64,000 nt of DNA from Schmidtea polychroa (lineage: Eukaryota): the NCBI GenBank assembly GCA_044892525.1, contig CM097888.1, positions 64,170,001 to 64,234,000 of the forward strand, read 5' to 3'. The notes beneath the pieces are model-generated. The model made no database searches. It was not told the origin of the DNA and worked only from the letters and a program-made list of their open reading frames with translations. Made by a program: the position numbers and the translations under genes. This document shows, piece by piece, positions 44,901 through 59,900 of this stretch (position 1 is the first letter of the stretch; every line of letters begins with the position of its first letter).

Positions 44901-47900
44901 CACTCTTGCATTGTAAATTTGAATATTGATAGAAAAATAAAAAAAACCCTAATATAAAGCATTATATTGTTATCGAAACTAATAATGATTGAAAATCGTA
45001 GGATATCCACAAGAATTTAGAAAACAAGGTGGCAAGAAAATATAGTTATGCAATAAATTACTTAACAAATTCTACGAAAATTGATGTCTAACAGATCCCA
45101 GGCGTGTTTCGCACTGCAATTCACTTTATATAATAAAAATTCTATCAACTATTTGTATAACTGACTTGGTAATCCAACTAAATTATATGCATGTTTTGTT
45201 TGATCAAAGTATATCGTGTTATGAGAAAAAAATTGCATTTTTCAAATTATAATCACTATTGTTTTTTGGGGTCAAATAGATACGGTAATTTTTTTCAACA
45301 ACTGCTTTATTGAAAATAATTGATTAGGAATGATAAATATATAAAAGGAATAAAAATTTAATGAACTAATAAATTATCGAATGTTCATATCTGAAGAAGT
45401 TGCACAAATCTTTGGAACTGCAAACCAGATCATGAAGAATTCAAGTCTTCATGCAAAATAGACCATCAGCCGCATAAAGATTTCATTTTTCTAAAGACAG
45501 TCTATTTGATTATTCAATCAATTGTATAAGAAACAATAGAATAACATCTATAGTGAATCTATTTTCCACTGAGGAAGGACTTCCCAGGTAAGTAGCAGCA
45601 AGAATACCAAATCCATTTGATTGCTTCAAATTAGTTATCGCGCCAGACAAAATTGAACAGATTCTTACATCACCAATTCTGTTCTAAAAATCCGTATCAC
45701 CGAAGAAGAACTCTGGCTCTGGACTGCAGCGAATTTATTTCTTGGAATCAAAAAACTCGTCTATTAAGGAAATGGTATCGGCTAATTTAGGATTGCTTTT
45801 TCACAAAATTGTAATTTTTTATGACTAATATTTATTCACTCTTATAATATTACTTTATAACAGTGTTGTTCAAACTTTTTTGAGCCACGGCACACTTGGT
45901 TGGATTAAAAATTTTCGCGGCACATCTAAATTTTTTTTTGCTTTATTTGCAATTTTTTATTGCACTTTTACTAATCTTTTAATAAGAAATGAAAAACTTA
46001 TTTACTTGAAATAAATTTAATGTAAAAAATTTTAAATTTAGAAAAATTAGTGAATGAAAAATTCATAAAACGTAGTTAATAAGATTTATGTGCTTGATGT
46101 TCCGAACAAATAAGTTCCAATCATGGTGGAATTTTTGACAAACAAACTCTTAATTCTTGATCAATGTTAACCATACGTTTCCGCTTCTTTGATTTAATTG
46201 TGGTAAGAGTTGAAAATTCCAGTTCACAGAGATAAGAAGAACCAAATGGTAATAATATTTCAATTGCCTTCTTACTCAAATTTGGATATTCGTCTTTAAC
46301 AAAAATCCAAAATTCAGACAATTCTTTCTGAGAAAATAATATCTTCAAAGTTATATCGTTTCTCAAATCAATGAGGTTTTCCAGCTCAATTCCTGACAAA
46401 TTTGTCTCAGATATTTCAACAAATAGATTGATTACCCAAGAAACTTTACTTGTATCGACGTCTGGAAAATATTGTTTGAATGCTTTTGAAAGATTTTGCA
46501 GTGTAGCAATGACATCAATCAATAAATTATATTTGTCTTTTGGCGAATCAAGACCAGGAAAGCAATCAAGTTCTTTGTTCATGGATTTTGCAGTTCAAAT
46601 TTGAAGCTTTGGTTGATATGATCTTAGTTTGCCAGAAATAGTTAATACATTTTCACATGATCCTTGAATACTAGTATTAAGTGCATTTAACCTTTCGAAA
46701 ACATCATTTAAGAATACTACTTTCAACCACCAATCATCACGCTCGAGAACTTTAAATGTGCCAGGTTGTGAGCTAAAGAAAGTTGTTATTTCTTTTTTCA
46801 GTGTTATAAATCTCGCGAGAACTTTTCCCTTGGATAGCCAGCGCACCTCAGTATGGTAAAGGAGACATTTATAGTCAGAGTCCATCGATTCACAAAGTGA
46901 TTCAAAAATTCTTGAGCGTAAAGCGCTCGATTTGATGTAATTTAAGATCTTAACAACATCGTTCAACGTTGTTTTAAGATTTTCTGGCAAATTTTTCGAC
47001 ATTAGCATTTCTCTGTGAATCATGCAGTGATTCACTTTGATACCAGGATTTTGTTCGAGGACATATGCTGCGAATCCTTTTTTATGACCTTGCATTGAGG
47101 GGCACCATCCATACAAATACCTACACAAAAACTCCATGACATGCTATTGATTGCAACTTTGCTATTCACCAATTCAAATATATCCTTACCAGTTGTAGTT
47201 TGCTTCAAATCATCACAAAAAAAATATTCTTCGACAATATTGCCATCCTTTACGATGCGAAAAAATGCCAACAGTTGTGCTTTGTTGCTAATATCTGTAC
47301 TTTCATCAATTTGAAGAGCCCAAAATTTCTCAAAATTTTCTGCGCTTCCCAAAAAATGTTTTTTTATCTGCTTATGAATGTCTTCTGACATATCGCCAAT
47401 CCTACGTGATATTGTTTGATGTAAGAGCGGAATTGTTTTAAACTTTTCAGCTGCTTCAGGTCCGATCATGATACCAGCTGCTATTGTTAGTGCAGGATGT
47501 ATAATTGACTCGGCATCGAGATGTGATTTCTTATTTTTAGCAAGCATTTGTTCGATTTTATAACTGGCCATTTGAGCCTTATCAGATAAAGTTTTAAATG
47601 CTTTAAATTTCTTAGCTTGATTTACCATACTTTCTTTCAGTCTTTCGAAGTAATCTTTTGATTTGTCTTTTAATTCTGGATGTTTTTGTTGGATATGTCT
47701 TTCAAGTTTGCTTGGGACCATGGACTCATTTGCAACAGTACTAGAACATACTATGCATTTTGGAATTGAATCATCCTTTTCAGATGCAATGAAACCATAT
47801 TTAATGTAATCATTATCATATTTGCGTTTTTTTGCTGTCTTCATAACTCCTGTGTCTTTACTTGTTTGAACTAAAAATCTCTTCATGGTTACACTAAAAA

Positions 47901-50900
47901 ATATTATTATTTAATATTTAAGATTCTAAATAAACATAATTAAGCTGCTTACGTATTTTAGATAGTCAATATTTCTAGTAAGAAATATAAATATGATTGT
48001 AAACAAATAAATTTCGCACTTAATTGACTGATAAATATTTAAATTTGAAATAACTGTTAAAATATCCACAATTCAATTTCCTTTTATTAAGTTGTTTGGA
48101 AAAACAGGGGTTTTTTTGACTTTTTTTAAAAAAATTTTTACTCACACCTGGGCACCCGCCACGGCACACAGTTTGGACAACACTGCTTTATAGTAATATC
48201 ACAACACAAATTCAAACTAATATGCCCAAAAATAAGATGACATAAGAGCTAACAGAAACAGAAGTATAAAAGATGAACCAATTTATTTAGTTCAAAACTC
48301 AATCATTGATAACTGTACAAAACGCTACATTTCTTCTGAATATTTAACATTTGAAGTACAGCTCTGTGATTTTCGAGGTCTTATATATTTTCGAACATAT
48401 ATATCTACCAAACTAGATAAATATGTCATTCTAGTTATTTTTCAATGTCCAAATTTGTACCGGTAAAGTTGATAATGTTATAGAAATAATTCCAGAAGAA
48501 TTGTTTGGAACCTGAGTGAACTAACAATCTTGAAAAGGTAGAAAAATCACTATGGACAATATTTTTACAACTATGAGCTTAGCCAAATACATGAGGAAAA
48601 GGAAGATTGTAATAATGGGAACTGAAAGGAAATCTAGAAAATTAGTTCCTGTCGAAATAAATGAAAAAAGCAGTCTAACTGCCTTGAAGGTTATGTTTCA
48701 CGATGACTTAACGTTGTGCAGCTATTCTGATAAACCTGGAAAATATGTCATTTTGCTAGGTTCACTCACAGTATCAATCAGTATCAATGGGAAACCCGAA
48801 ATAGTCAATTGTTATAATAAAACCAAATCTGGGGTAAACACTTTGGTTATATTCATCTAAAAGAAGACTTAATCGCTAGCCTATTTTTATATTTTACAAT
48901 ATAATTAACATTACTGCTTACAATGCCTATATTCCTTATATTATAAAATACTCAGAATTCATAATGAAGCATAAATCAAGGTTCGGAAGTGAATTTTCCA
49001 AAAAAGTTTATTTGTGAGATGAATAAAAAATTTAAAAAACCCCCCGAAGAAAATATTTTTGAACTATTCAATAAATCTTCGTAAAGAGGAAGATGTTAAA
49101 TTTGTCAAAGATCTAAAGACAGAAAGTTTGTTATTTGTAAATTTTTGTCAATAAATTTTAAATAATAATATTGCTTTCTTACTGGGATTTAAAAGACCTC
49201 AAAATTCGTTTGTATGTAAAAAATATTTCGCAAAAGTGCTAAAGATTTTAACTTATCAGAAGTGTAATTGAGATATTTGTAAAAATGGTATCTGTGTGGT
49301 TGGAAAGAATATGACGCTAAGTAGTTAAATGAGGAATATCAATTTAAATTAATTGAAAAATTTGTCATAAATCTTATTGCTCAGACGGCGCCAATAGTAA
49401 AAGTGATAGAATTTTTTTATCTGAATAAGAATTTATCGTTATTATTATATTTTTTGTGATTATTATTTGTCTTAATATTGTAAAAGTATTTTGTTGACAA
49501 CTGGTTATTATACAAAGTTCATTTATACGAACTTTTATTCTACTAAAAATACATCAATAAATTCGTATAAATGAACTTAATATAGTAGCTAGTTTGAATA
49601 ATTCAATGTTTAATTTGATAGATTTAAACAAATGAATTAATCTTTAAATAACAGTTCTAATAATTCATAAAAGTTACATTAATTAAATTTATAAGAATTT
49701 TTTGGAAATTTGGAAAATAAATATTTTACAAGTTTTAAGATATTTGAGAAAAATTTGTTGAAAAATAATTAAGGTTAAATTGAATAATTTAGTAAAATAG
49801 TTTTGAATATAAAACTAATTTATTTGAAAAATTCTATCGTTAAAATTACATGTTCATTAGCAAAAGTATAAATTCCTTCTCTGATTTATGAAATTCATAA
49901 TTTAATGATTGAAAGAGTTACATCTTATTTTTGGAAACAGAATCGGAATATTCATAAATTACTTTTCTTTAGATAAATGAACAAGAAAATTGCATCAAAC
50001 TAAATAATTTGTTTTCAGTTCATATTGGAACAAACCTTCAAGTAATTCTTAAGTGCCTTTCAAAAATATAAAACGTAATTTTATAGAATCTTTTAGAAAA
50101 TGTAGAAATCACTGAAGTGATAAAATGCGATGCAATATCTGGAAATGAAAATAACAAAACGATTATTATTGGTGTGAAACTTGAAAATGCAGATGAAATA
50201 ATTAGTAAATTCATTAATAATTTTATTTACGAAATAATATATATTTCTATGTATCAGGTATTGAGGAAGCAATTGTTGAAAACTTGATCAATGTAGAATA
50301 TCAAACTTGTAAATGCAATAGAGAAAACAAAGATGAAATGAGTTGGAAAAACGCAATCGAAGAGAAACTAATGATTGCATATGAAATTAATAAAAACATG
50401 ATTACACCGGAATATATGAAATGTCTAATAGAAAGTAACACAAATGAATACATAAATACAGATGAAATGGAAATCCTCGGAGCAGTAAATACATCGAATA
50501 ATAAACTATTGGAAACAAATGAAGCAATTGAGGCAAATATATTAGATTTGCATGGACATTTATTTATGGATGAATTATCAAATCATTTGATACCATTGAG
50601 ACAAGCAATTGACAATGGATATGTATTGGCAAAGAAAAAAGATTTGGATTGTAAATTGCATCGAGTATTTGTTGGATCTGTAAAAGTTGGTAAAGACCAA
50701 ACCGAAATGAGCTTAGAAGAAGCGATAAAAGCGAAAGTTATTGATCAATTAGAAAATGTTTACAGAATCGAAGAAGAAAACATAGAAATACGAATAATGG
50801 ATGCGATAATGTTGGGAATAATAAATATTGAAAACAAAACTGATGACGAAGAAATAAATCCTAAATCTTTTGCAATTGTACAAAGGGAACCGACTGATCC

Positions 50901-53900
50901 GGAAATAGAAGAATTATGTGAATATTCATCAAATAAAGATTTGAACATGAAAATATTGTGCAGGGCAATTGAATGTGATTGCATGAATGAATTTCTGATT
51001 TACGATGATGTGAAAGAAAGTATTGCGAAAAGCATATTCAACAATCATTTAGAACTAGATCCCATGATTTGTGATGTAGGCGAAGAAAAGCAAAGTATCC
51101 TAAAAGGATTCGTAAAGGGCTTGATCGATTATGAAGAAATGAAACGGTTGTTAGAAAATGTGAAAGATTTATTTGTCGGACAAATATTGGAAACGATTAA
51201 TGAAGATTCAAATGGAAAAGAAATAATGAAAGAATTGAATAGTGATGAAATGAAAGATCGATATGAGGAAATGTTAATAATTGATGAAAAGAATTTCACA
51301 ATAGAAAGTGTATCAAATATTGATGAAAATGATGAGAATAAGAAATATCGAACAAAGATTAATGTTGGAAAATTATTGAAAAATCTTAATCAATTGAAAT
51401 GTTTTGATAAATTTGGAATCGACACAATTGAGAATGCAGTCATTGGAAGGAATGAAGATAGAAAGGAAGAGTTTGAAATGACAATATTTGAATCAGTAAT
51501 GAATGGAACTTTTGATTTGGATGAATTGGAAACATTTGATGAGAAAGAAAAAGAAATGTGTTCAATGATTGAAAGTGTGAAACGAGGACTGATTGATGTG
51601 AAAACGGCAGAAAATATTTTGGATTGTTTAGAATCAATGAGCTTTGAAGAACTAATAAAAGCCAAAATATTTGACATTGAAAACAATTGTTTTGATGAAA
51701 ATTTGTCATTGGAAGAAGCAATTGAAGAAGATTTGTTGAAACCAGAAGTTGTATATATGAATCTATGTGAAGGAAATAAATTAATAAATTTAAGTAAAAT
51801 GATTGAATGTGGAATGTTGAATTCTTCGGAAAACGAAGTGAAGATCGAGAAAAGAAATGGCGAAATAGTTGAAATGAAATTGAATGAAGCACTGAAGGAA
51901 GAAAACGGAATATTGTCATGTGCTATCAATAGTGAAGAAATAAAAAAGCAATTTCCAAGACAATTGAAAGACTTGTTAGCAAATGAAGAAGTCAATAAAG
52001 AGAATGACATAATAATATTTCCTGAAACAAGAATAAAACCAATGCTGATAAATGATGGATTAAAGAACGGTTTGTTGAATGAAGAATCAATGGTGAAATT
52101 AATTGAATATAATTTGGAAAGCGGAGTAAATTCAATGGAATATTGCGGGGATGCAGAAATTGCAGATCTCATCAATGATTTGAATGAATTATCAATGATA
52201 TTACCTGAATTATTAATGAATTTGAAAAATGGAGAAAATGAAGATGGGATGGAAGTAAATGATAAATAAATGATAAATATAATTTAATAATAATAATTGA
52301 ACATAGATATTAGAAACATATGTGAAATCAAGAATAGATGAAAAAGTGAATTTATTTGATCGGATCAATGCATGTCTGTGTGATGATGTGGATAATGGAA
52401 ATGTTGATGATGTGAGACCCGATGTGAAGGAGTTAAAGGCGAAATCTGATAAAGTTAAATCTTTATTAGCGCAGGTTTGTTTAATAATCATTATTTCTTT
52501 ATAATATTTTAAAAGTATTTATTAAACTTTTTGTTATTTTTTATTTCTAATTATTTAATATCTTATCTTTAATTATTTCTTTGCCAACGAATATTAATAT
52601 AGTATTTAAATTATTAATTGTTTGTTTATTTGTGAATGCAATGTGTTTTTCTGTTGCTGTATTTTTAAGTTAAATCCCTATTGGAGACAATTTGCTAATA
52701 TTATTTGCATATTCCAATTAGTTTTTAATAATTTTTTTTTCAATTTAAACTTTAGTTTTGTCATATTTTATAACAATCATAATATTTTGTTTAATAGATT
52801 TTATGTTCTTTCATCCATATGATGTTCTTTTTTGATTTTTATCTATTTTGAAAAATATATACTGATTTGAATCGTATTTCACAAGTATGTTCAAAAATTT
52901 TTATTTTTTATTTGAAATGAAAAGATCGTTAATCTTTTAAATGTTAAGTTTAAATTTTTCGAATTGAAATTTGGTGATTGTTTGACTTTTTTATATATTT
53001 TTTAATGAGTTGTTTAAACTCAGAATATTTTTTAATGTAAATTATTATAAGAACTTTTTTCAATTTTCACCTCTGATTTCTTTTCAATTGACATCGTATT
53101 TATTAAAAAATGTTGACTATTTATTGATTCATTGGCAAAATTTTCTAACAATTACAATGTTAAGTAACTTAGATTGTTTAAATTGAGTTTATTAAGTTAA
53201 TGAATAAATATTGTTTATTTATAAAAATGAATTTAATTTAATTTTCAGTTAATGTACCTAGGAAATAAGGTATAGGCAGGCCCGGCTTTACTAATGAAGC
53301 AGAAGATGCAAAGCATCGCGGCCCTACACGAACAACGGGCGCTAAAATCCGAAATTTAAATGAAATTATTTATTTTTCAAATTTAAATTTTTTTTCAAAT
53401 TTAATTTTTTTATTGAATGACAGATGAAAAGTAGGCGATTTTTTAATACAGATTTCCAAAAAAAGTTTTTGGTTTTTTTCTTTAATTGTAAGTACTTGTT
53501 TTCAGTTTTTTATGTGTTCCAGTAATGTTTGGACATTGTTAATATTTTCAATTTTTATTGAAGAACAATTTTTGTGAATGTAAAAATTATATATTTGTTG
53601 TTTGAAATATTTAATAACAAAGTTTAAAAAGTGTAATTTTTTGAATAACAAAATTTTTGTGAATGTAAGTATATTATAGTGATTTTTTTATTTTTACTTA
53701 TTATTTTGTCAATAAAGTATCTTTAATATTAATTGAGTAATGGTGAAAGTAAGTATCACTAATAGTACTAATTTTTTTAATGCTTCCACAAAAGTTGGGA
53801 TGTTTTAAATCAATATAGCAAAATAACGCTTAAACCTTTATCGGATACACGATGGGAATCAAGAATTGATGCTCTTAGTCCATTAAAAAACAATATTGGT

Positions 53901-56900
53901 GATTATTTAGAAGATTTACTTGCCGTCCATGATAATGACAGAAATGACAACAACACAAAATCTGAAGCTAAATCTTTGGCACTGAAGCTTGACTACGAAT
54001 TTGTTTGTTCGCTAATAATTTGGTACGACATTCTAAGCAGGATTAATGTTGTGAGCAAGATGCTTCAATCTTCAAGTACCAACCTAAATGAATCAACAAA
54101 TAGTTTAAATAATTTAATAACTTTTTTAAAGAATTTCGTTTAGATGAAAATTTTAATAATATACTTAATAAAGCTACAATTTTGGCACATGATATTGACA
54201 TAGCTCCTCAATTTAAAGAAAATTCATTACGTAGGCGTAAAAAACGTATGTTTAAAAACGAATGTCGAGATGAAAGACCGACAGACCTGGAAAAAAACTA
54301 TAAAATTTCACTTTTTCTTCCAATTGTTGACAGTGCAATTAACTCAATAGTCGAAAGATTTGAACTTATGAATAGTCATGCCGAAAAGTTTCAATTTCTC
54401 ATAAATTTTAATGAAATTTATAATTTGGATAATGAGATACTAAGAAATAAATGTACAGATTTACATAAAGATTAAGATATTGATATAAGTTCTTCAGAAT
54501 TATGTAACGAACTGTGTATATTTAAAGACACCATAACTCAACTTAATAGTTTTTATCCATTAGATATATTGCAGTATATTTATTCAAATGATTTATTTGA
54601 TATATTCCCAAATATAGTTGTATCTTTGAGAATATTATTAACACTACCAGTCTCAGTAGCAGCTGGCGAAAAATCATTTTCCAGACTTAAACTAATTAAG
54701 AATTATTTACGCTCAACCATTTCTCAAGAAAAATTAGTTGGCCTGTCTCTGATTGCTATTGAAAGCGATATCTATGACAAAATCAAAATTAATGATGCAT
54801 TGGATGAATTTGTTTCCATAAAAGCAAGAAAAATAAAATTTTAAATGAAACATTGTGGTTTTCTAATTTATATATATAAGATTTCTGTTTATTTTTTTTA
54901 TGAATTAATGTTTAATTATACAGTAAATCTTTTTAATAATAAAATTATAATACTTGACTGTGAAATTTGAGTTTTATTTCTGACATAATTTCCTATAAAA
55001 AGCGCTTAACAGAAAGTTGCATCGGGGCGCCAGCACCGCAAGAACCGGGCCTGGGTATAGGTAATTTTTTTATTGGCCAGTAGTTCTTTTATATATCCTA
55101 AATAAGAATACATATACATTTTTCTAATGCCCAGTTAAACATATCAGCATATTCTTTTTTCATTTACATACATTAGTTTTAATTTTTAAAAAACTGGTAA
55201 GTTTTTCCATCTCTACCGCGCGACTAAGTGTTTGAGGCCAAAATGTTCCATACTTGACAATATTGATGTTATGATTTTAATGAATAAATCTTTAATTAAA
55301 TTCAAAGACTTTTTAATACGACCGTAGCTTGATTTAATTGATGCATTAATCATATTCATGACTGTATAATGATTCTGAATTGATTTAGTCTTTTTTTGCT
55401 TCTGTTTCACATTAGCTTTTGGAAAGCACTTAAAACAAAATGATTCGATATTTGACTCGTTGTGAATTGGACCATTAACCAGTTTGTCACTGACAGATTT
55501 AATGATGTCTTTAATATTACCTATAGCCTACTGTGTCAGTTCTTGAGCATTGCTGTGTGATTGAAAAATAAAACTTCCTTATTGAAAATTCGACATCGTT
55601 TGCAGAAGATTCCACCGTAGTCAGAACATTTGTATGTTCTGACTTCATCGTTGGTACAAAGCATGGATTTTGTATCAATATCTTCTAATTCTAATTTGTG
55701 TTTGAAGTCTAGTTATAAGCAAAGATGATTCAGAGTTAATGGCTGAGAATTTGAAAGAACGGTTGTAAATTCACATTTCAGATACTTCATTTGACTGTAA
55801 TTAACTCTCTATACCAATAAATTATATGAGAGCCCAGGTCGTCAACTGGCCACATTTCCAAAAAACGCCGTAAATATAGTCGTTTGCAAAACGTTGCTAT
55901 GTTAGTTAACATCAGATATGCGCATACAGCTTGCGACTATTTTTATTGTGTAAAATTTAATTTTTAATATATATTGCTACTTATATTAGTGCGTGTGTTG
56001 ATAAGTAATAATCTGTAGTACCCAGTAAAGTCACCTCTAAAAATTGTGACGGGACAGCTGAGGTGATTGTGTGAGATACAACAATTGATAAGAAAAATTA
56101 TGATTAACGTAACTTTATTTGATTAAAAAACAAAAACTGATAACTTATACATCTTCTTAAATTCATAATATTTTGTAATCCACCATAAAAAATTCGAAAA
56201 TTACATATAACTTCAGAATTTGTTCATTAGTTATTATTTCTATTTATTTTTTTCTATTCGTCAATTTTTTATTTGTTTTGTATTTTTGTAATTCCCTATC
56301 GTAATAATTTACTATAAAGAATTACACTATATAGTTATATTATATTTTTATACAATATACATAATAATAATCAAAATAACAATACATTACATATCCTAAT
56401 TACAATTAAAAATAAATTAACACCACTATTAAATTAACACTACACTACTTATTAAAATAATTGTAAAATTGACGTATTATACAACCTACGTTTTAAATAT
56501 CTATATCTCTTTAAAAAATATGAAGTTTATTTCTAAAGTGGTTCCACCGATATAGCTTCGGATGACTGGGCAAGTATATAAATATGAAGCCAATTTACAT
56601 TATGTTCATGAACAGTTAAGGTGCAGTAAAACAATAAGTAAATGGAAGTTTGAAGATTTTCATAACATTTACAATATCAGCAAAAGATAAAAAGAGAACA
56701 AGATGATGGTGAATTTAAAAGTAAATCGACTTAATCCAATGTATGTATAAATTCAACAGTTTTTCCAGTGTGTTTAAAAGGCCCTGTTAATAATAATCAG
56801 TTAATAATATACTAATATTTATTTTTAATACAAATACAAATTATTACCTAAATCTGGTATTATTAAAACACCGAATTTAAATGGCGAATTAATTAATTAA

Positions 56901-59900
56901 ATAATAATGCTAATTATGCGTGCCAGCATTTATACTTATTATACTTTTACTTATAATACAATATATATTTTATTTATAAATTAATTATTTAAATATCCCT
57001 AACAGGCCGTAAAAATATTTCAAACAATAAATAATCAATTAGTTAAACATCATTTTTATATAGACCACAATTTTACTAAACAATTATCCAAAGTAAGAAA
57101 AAGGTAGTTAAAAAACTGCAAAGTAAAAGAAATCTCACAAAATCTTCATTTTCCAAATGGAAAAAAATCATTAAGCAACACAACTATTTTGTGGCCACTA
57201 AAAAATATTGTTAAACTAGAAACATCATTTATAAATGGTGAATATATGAACAATGTTTTATTAAAATACCGAAAGATCTTTTCTGTGATTTTACAAAGAA
57301 ATCAGAAATGATTACAAAAAAATAAAAATACGTTATTATCGACTAAGCTGTAAGGAACAAACTTTTAGGAATGGTGCAAAATATAAAAAGTTAGCACGAA
57401 AACGATCTAATTTCGGCATCGAGAATCCTAATAGCATGTGAAGAATCATACTTGGTACGTTCAATATGAACCCAGACTAGATGCTAAAAGAAGCTAACAG
57501 GAACGGTAAGACAAAGGGATGTAGGCTTATTTTTTAAAAAAAGATCCATTGATGTCCATACCTTCTTTCAGCAATTCAAAAGATCCAAAACGGCAATTTA
57601 GAAGAAAATATATGGCTTTGAATTTTCAAGAAAAGTTCAAATTCATATTACAAATTTGGAGAAATTCCCTCACAGATGTTTCTTCTTATGTCTGAATAAA
57701 TAAAAGTCGCTGAGCGCAAGATCAGGACGGTAGGGAGGGTGATCTAAAAAAATAAATCTATTTGTCTCAATTATTGTCATTGTTTCCGCATTTTTGTGGA
57801 TTTGGGAGTTGTCTTGAAGGGGCCATAGAGAAGACCTAGTGGCTTTAGATGATTACGTCTGTATGTGCCCACGAGTTTGTTGTAGTTGCTTGAAATAATA
57901 TGCAGACCTTTTCAGAAAAATACGTACAGGTCATGTAACTTTGACCTTGAAAAATTGTCAACATCAATGAATTTCGATGACATGTTCCATATATTATGTT
58001 CCTAGAACTCGTTTCTCCAGGGAATATTTATTCGCTGGACTCACGCTTTGTCTCAGAAACATACTGGGATAAAGGAGGTTCACCAACAGTATTGATATTT
58101 CCGAGTAATTAGTCACCATGTTCTTCAAAAGTGAGAAGGTTAACCTTTGCAGTATTACTTCATGTTTTCAAGTTTTCAAAGAAAAGAAAACGTAGGAAAA
58201 ACTTGGATGCTCAATTTTCCTAAGCCAGATTCATTAAGAATGACAGCACACCTCCGGTACTGACATTCAACCGCTGCGAGATATTCTTGATAGTAATTCG
58301 CCGTTCTTTTACAATTTGGAAACATTCCTTTCTTTTGAAGTCAGAACACTGACTGGTGAACATGCTTGAACTGACGAATCCAATCGAAGATTGTATTACG
58401 AGAGGAGCATATTATCTCCATAAGTTGTTTGAAACAAATTTCATATTAGCTAACTGTTATCACCAAGCAAAACCAAGAATTTTATCACACTTTGATACTG
58501 ACAGGATGTTAAATGATTTAAAAGTTAATTGAAAATATACTCTACCACACCGCTATGCAGGTGAACAAGGTATATTTTTATAATCACATATTAAATATTA
58601 TGATTCTTTCTTATGAGTAAACACACTAAGTATGTCAATATGTAAACTATCAATGACCTCAAAAAGAATAATTAGACAAACCGCCAATTGCAAGAAAAAC
58701 GAGTCGAAAAATTGAATAAACGGTTACCAATTTCCTGACATTAAAAAAATGAATATTAACGAACTTATATTTATTGAGACAGTTCGGACACTGACCAAGA
58801 AAAACACAAGAATCGAAATTCGTTTCTTCATTTAAAGAACATATTTTGCATGATGCAGTTTATTTTCACTATATAATTCATCAATATTTACTTTGTTTAT
58901 AAACCTTTCGATAAAATATAATGATAGTGATAGAGTGGGTTATACAAATTATATACAAATAAGGCTAAGACCGTTAAATCATCAGTAATTTTGTGAACTT
59001 CTTAAAAAGTCAATTTCTAATATTTCTATCTTTCAATAAAAGTGGCTTTTGCAGGTAAAAGAGGTCACAAACAGTACAACTTTACTTCCTTATTTACGTT
59101 TCTGCATTAACCTACTCCGAAACAAAACGGTTAAATGTAATAAGGTTAATAAATTTTTAAATTGAAATATAATTTCCAAGAAATCTTTCTAGACAATGTT
59201 TATCATTATTTGAAATTATTTTTCAAATAAAATTTCACAGATAATTCATCTATATATTTAGATAAGTGATCAAAGAAATTGTGACAAACTCCAAAATTGG
59301 TTTGCTATTCATATCGGAACCAACTTTCAAGTTTTTATTAAATGCTTTTAAATGCAATGAAACGTATTTTTGTAGAATCTTTTAGAAAATGTAGAAATCA
59401 CTGAAGTGATAAAATGCGATGCAATATCTGGAAATGAAAATAACAAAACGATTATTATTGGTGTGAAACTTGAAAATGCAGATGAAATAATTAGTAAATT
59501 CATTAATAATTTTATTTACGAAATAATATATATTTCTATGTATCAGGTATTGAGGAAGCAATTGTTGAAAACTTGATCAATGTAGAATATCAAACTTGTA
59601 AATGCAATAGAGAAAACAAAGATGAAATGAGTTGGAAAAACGCAATCGAAGAGAAACTAATGATTGCATGTGAAATTAATAAAAACATGATTACACCGGA
59701 ATATATGAAATGTCTAATAGAAAGTAACACAAATGAATACATAAATACAGATGAAATGGAAATCCTCGGAGCAGTAAATACATCGAATAATAAACTATTG
59801 GAAACAAATGAAGCAATTGAGGCAAATATATTAGATTTGCATGGACATTTATTTATGGATGAATTATCAAATCATTTGATACCATTGAGACAAGCAATTG

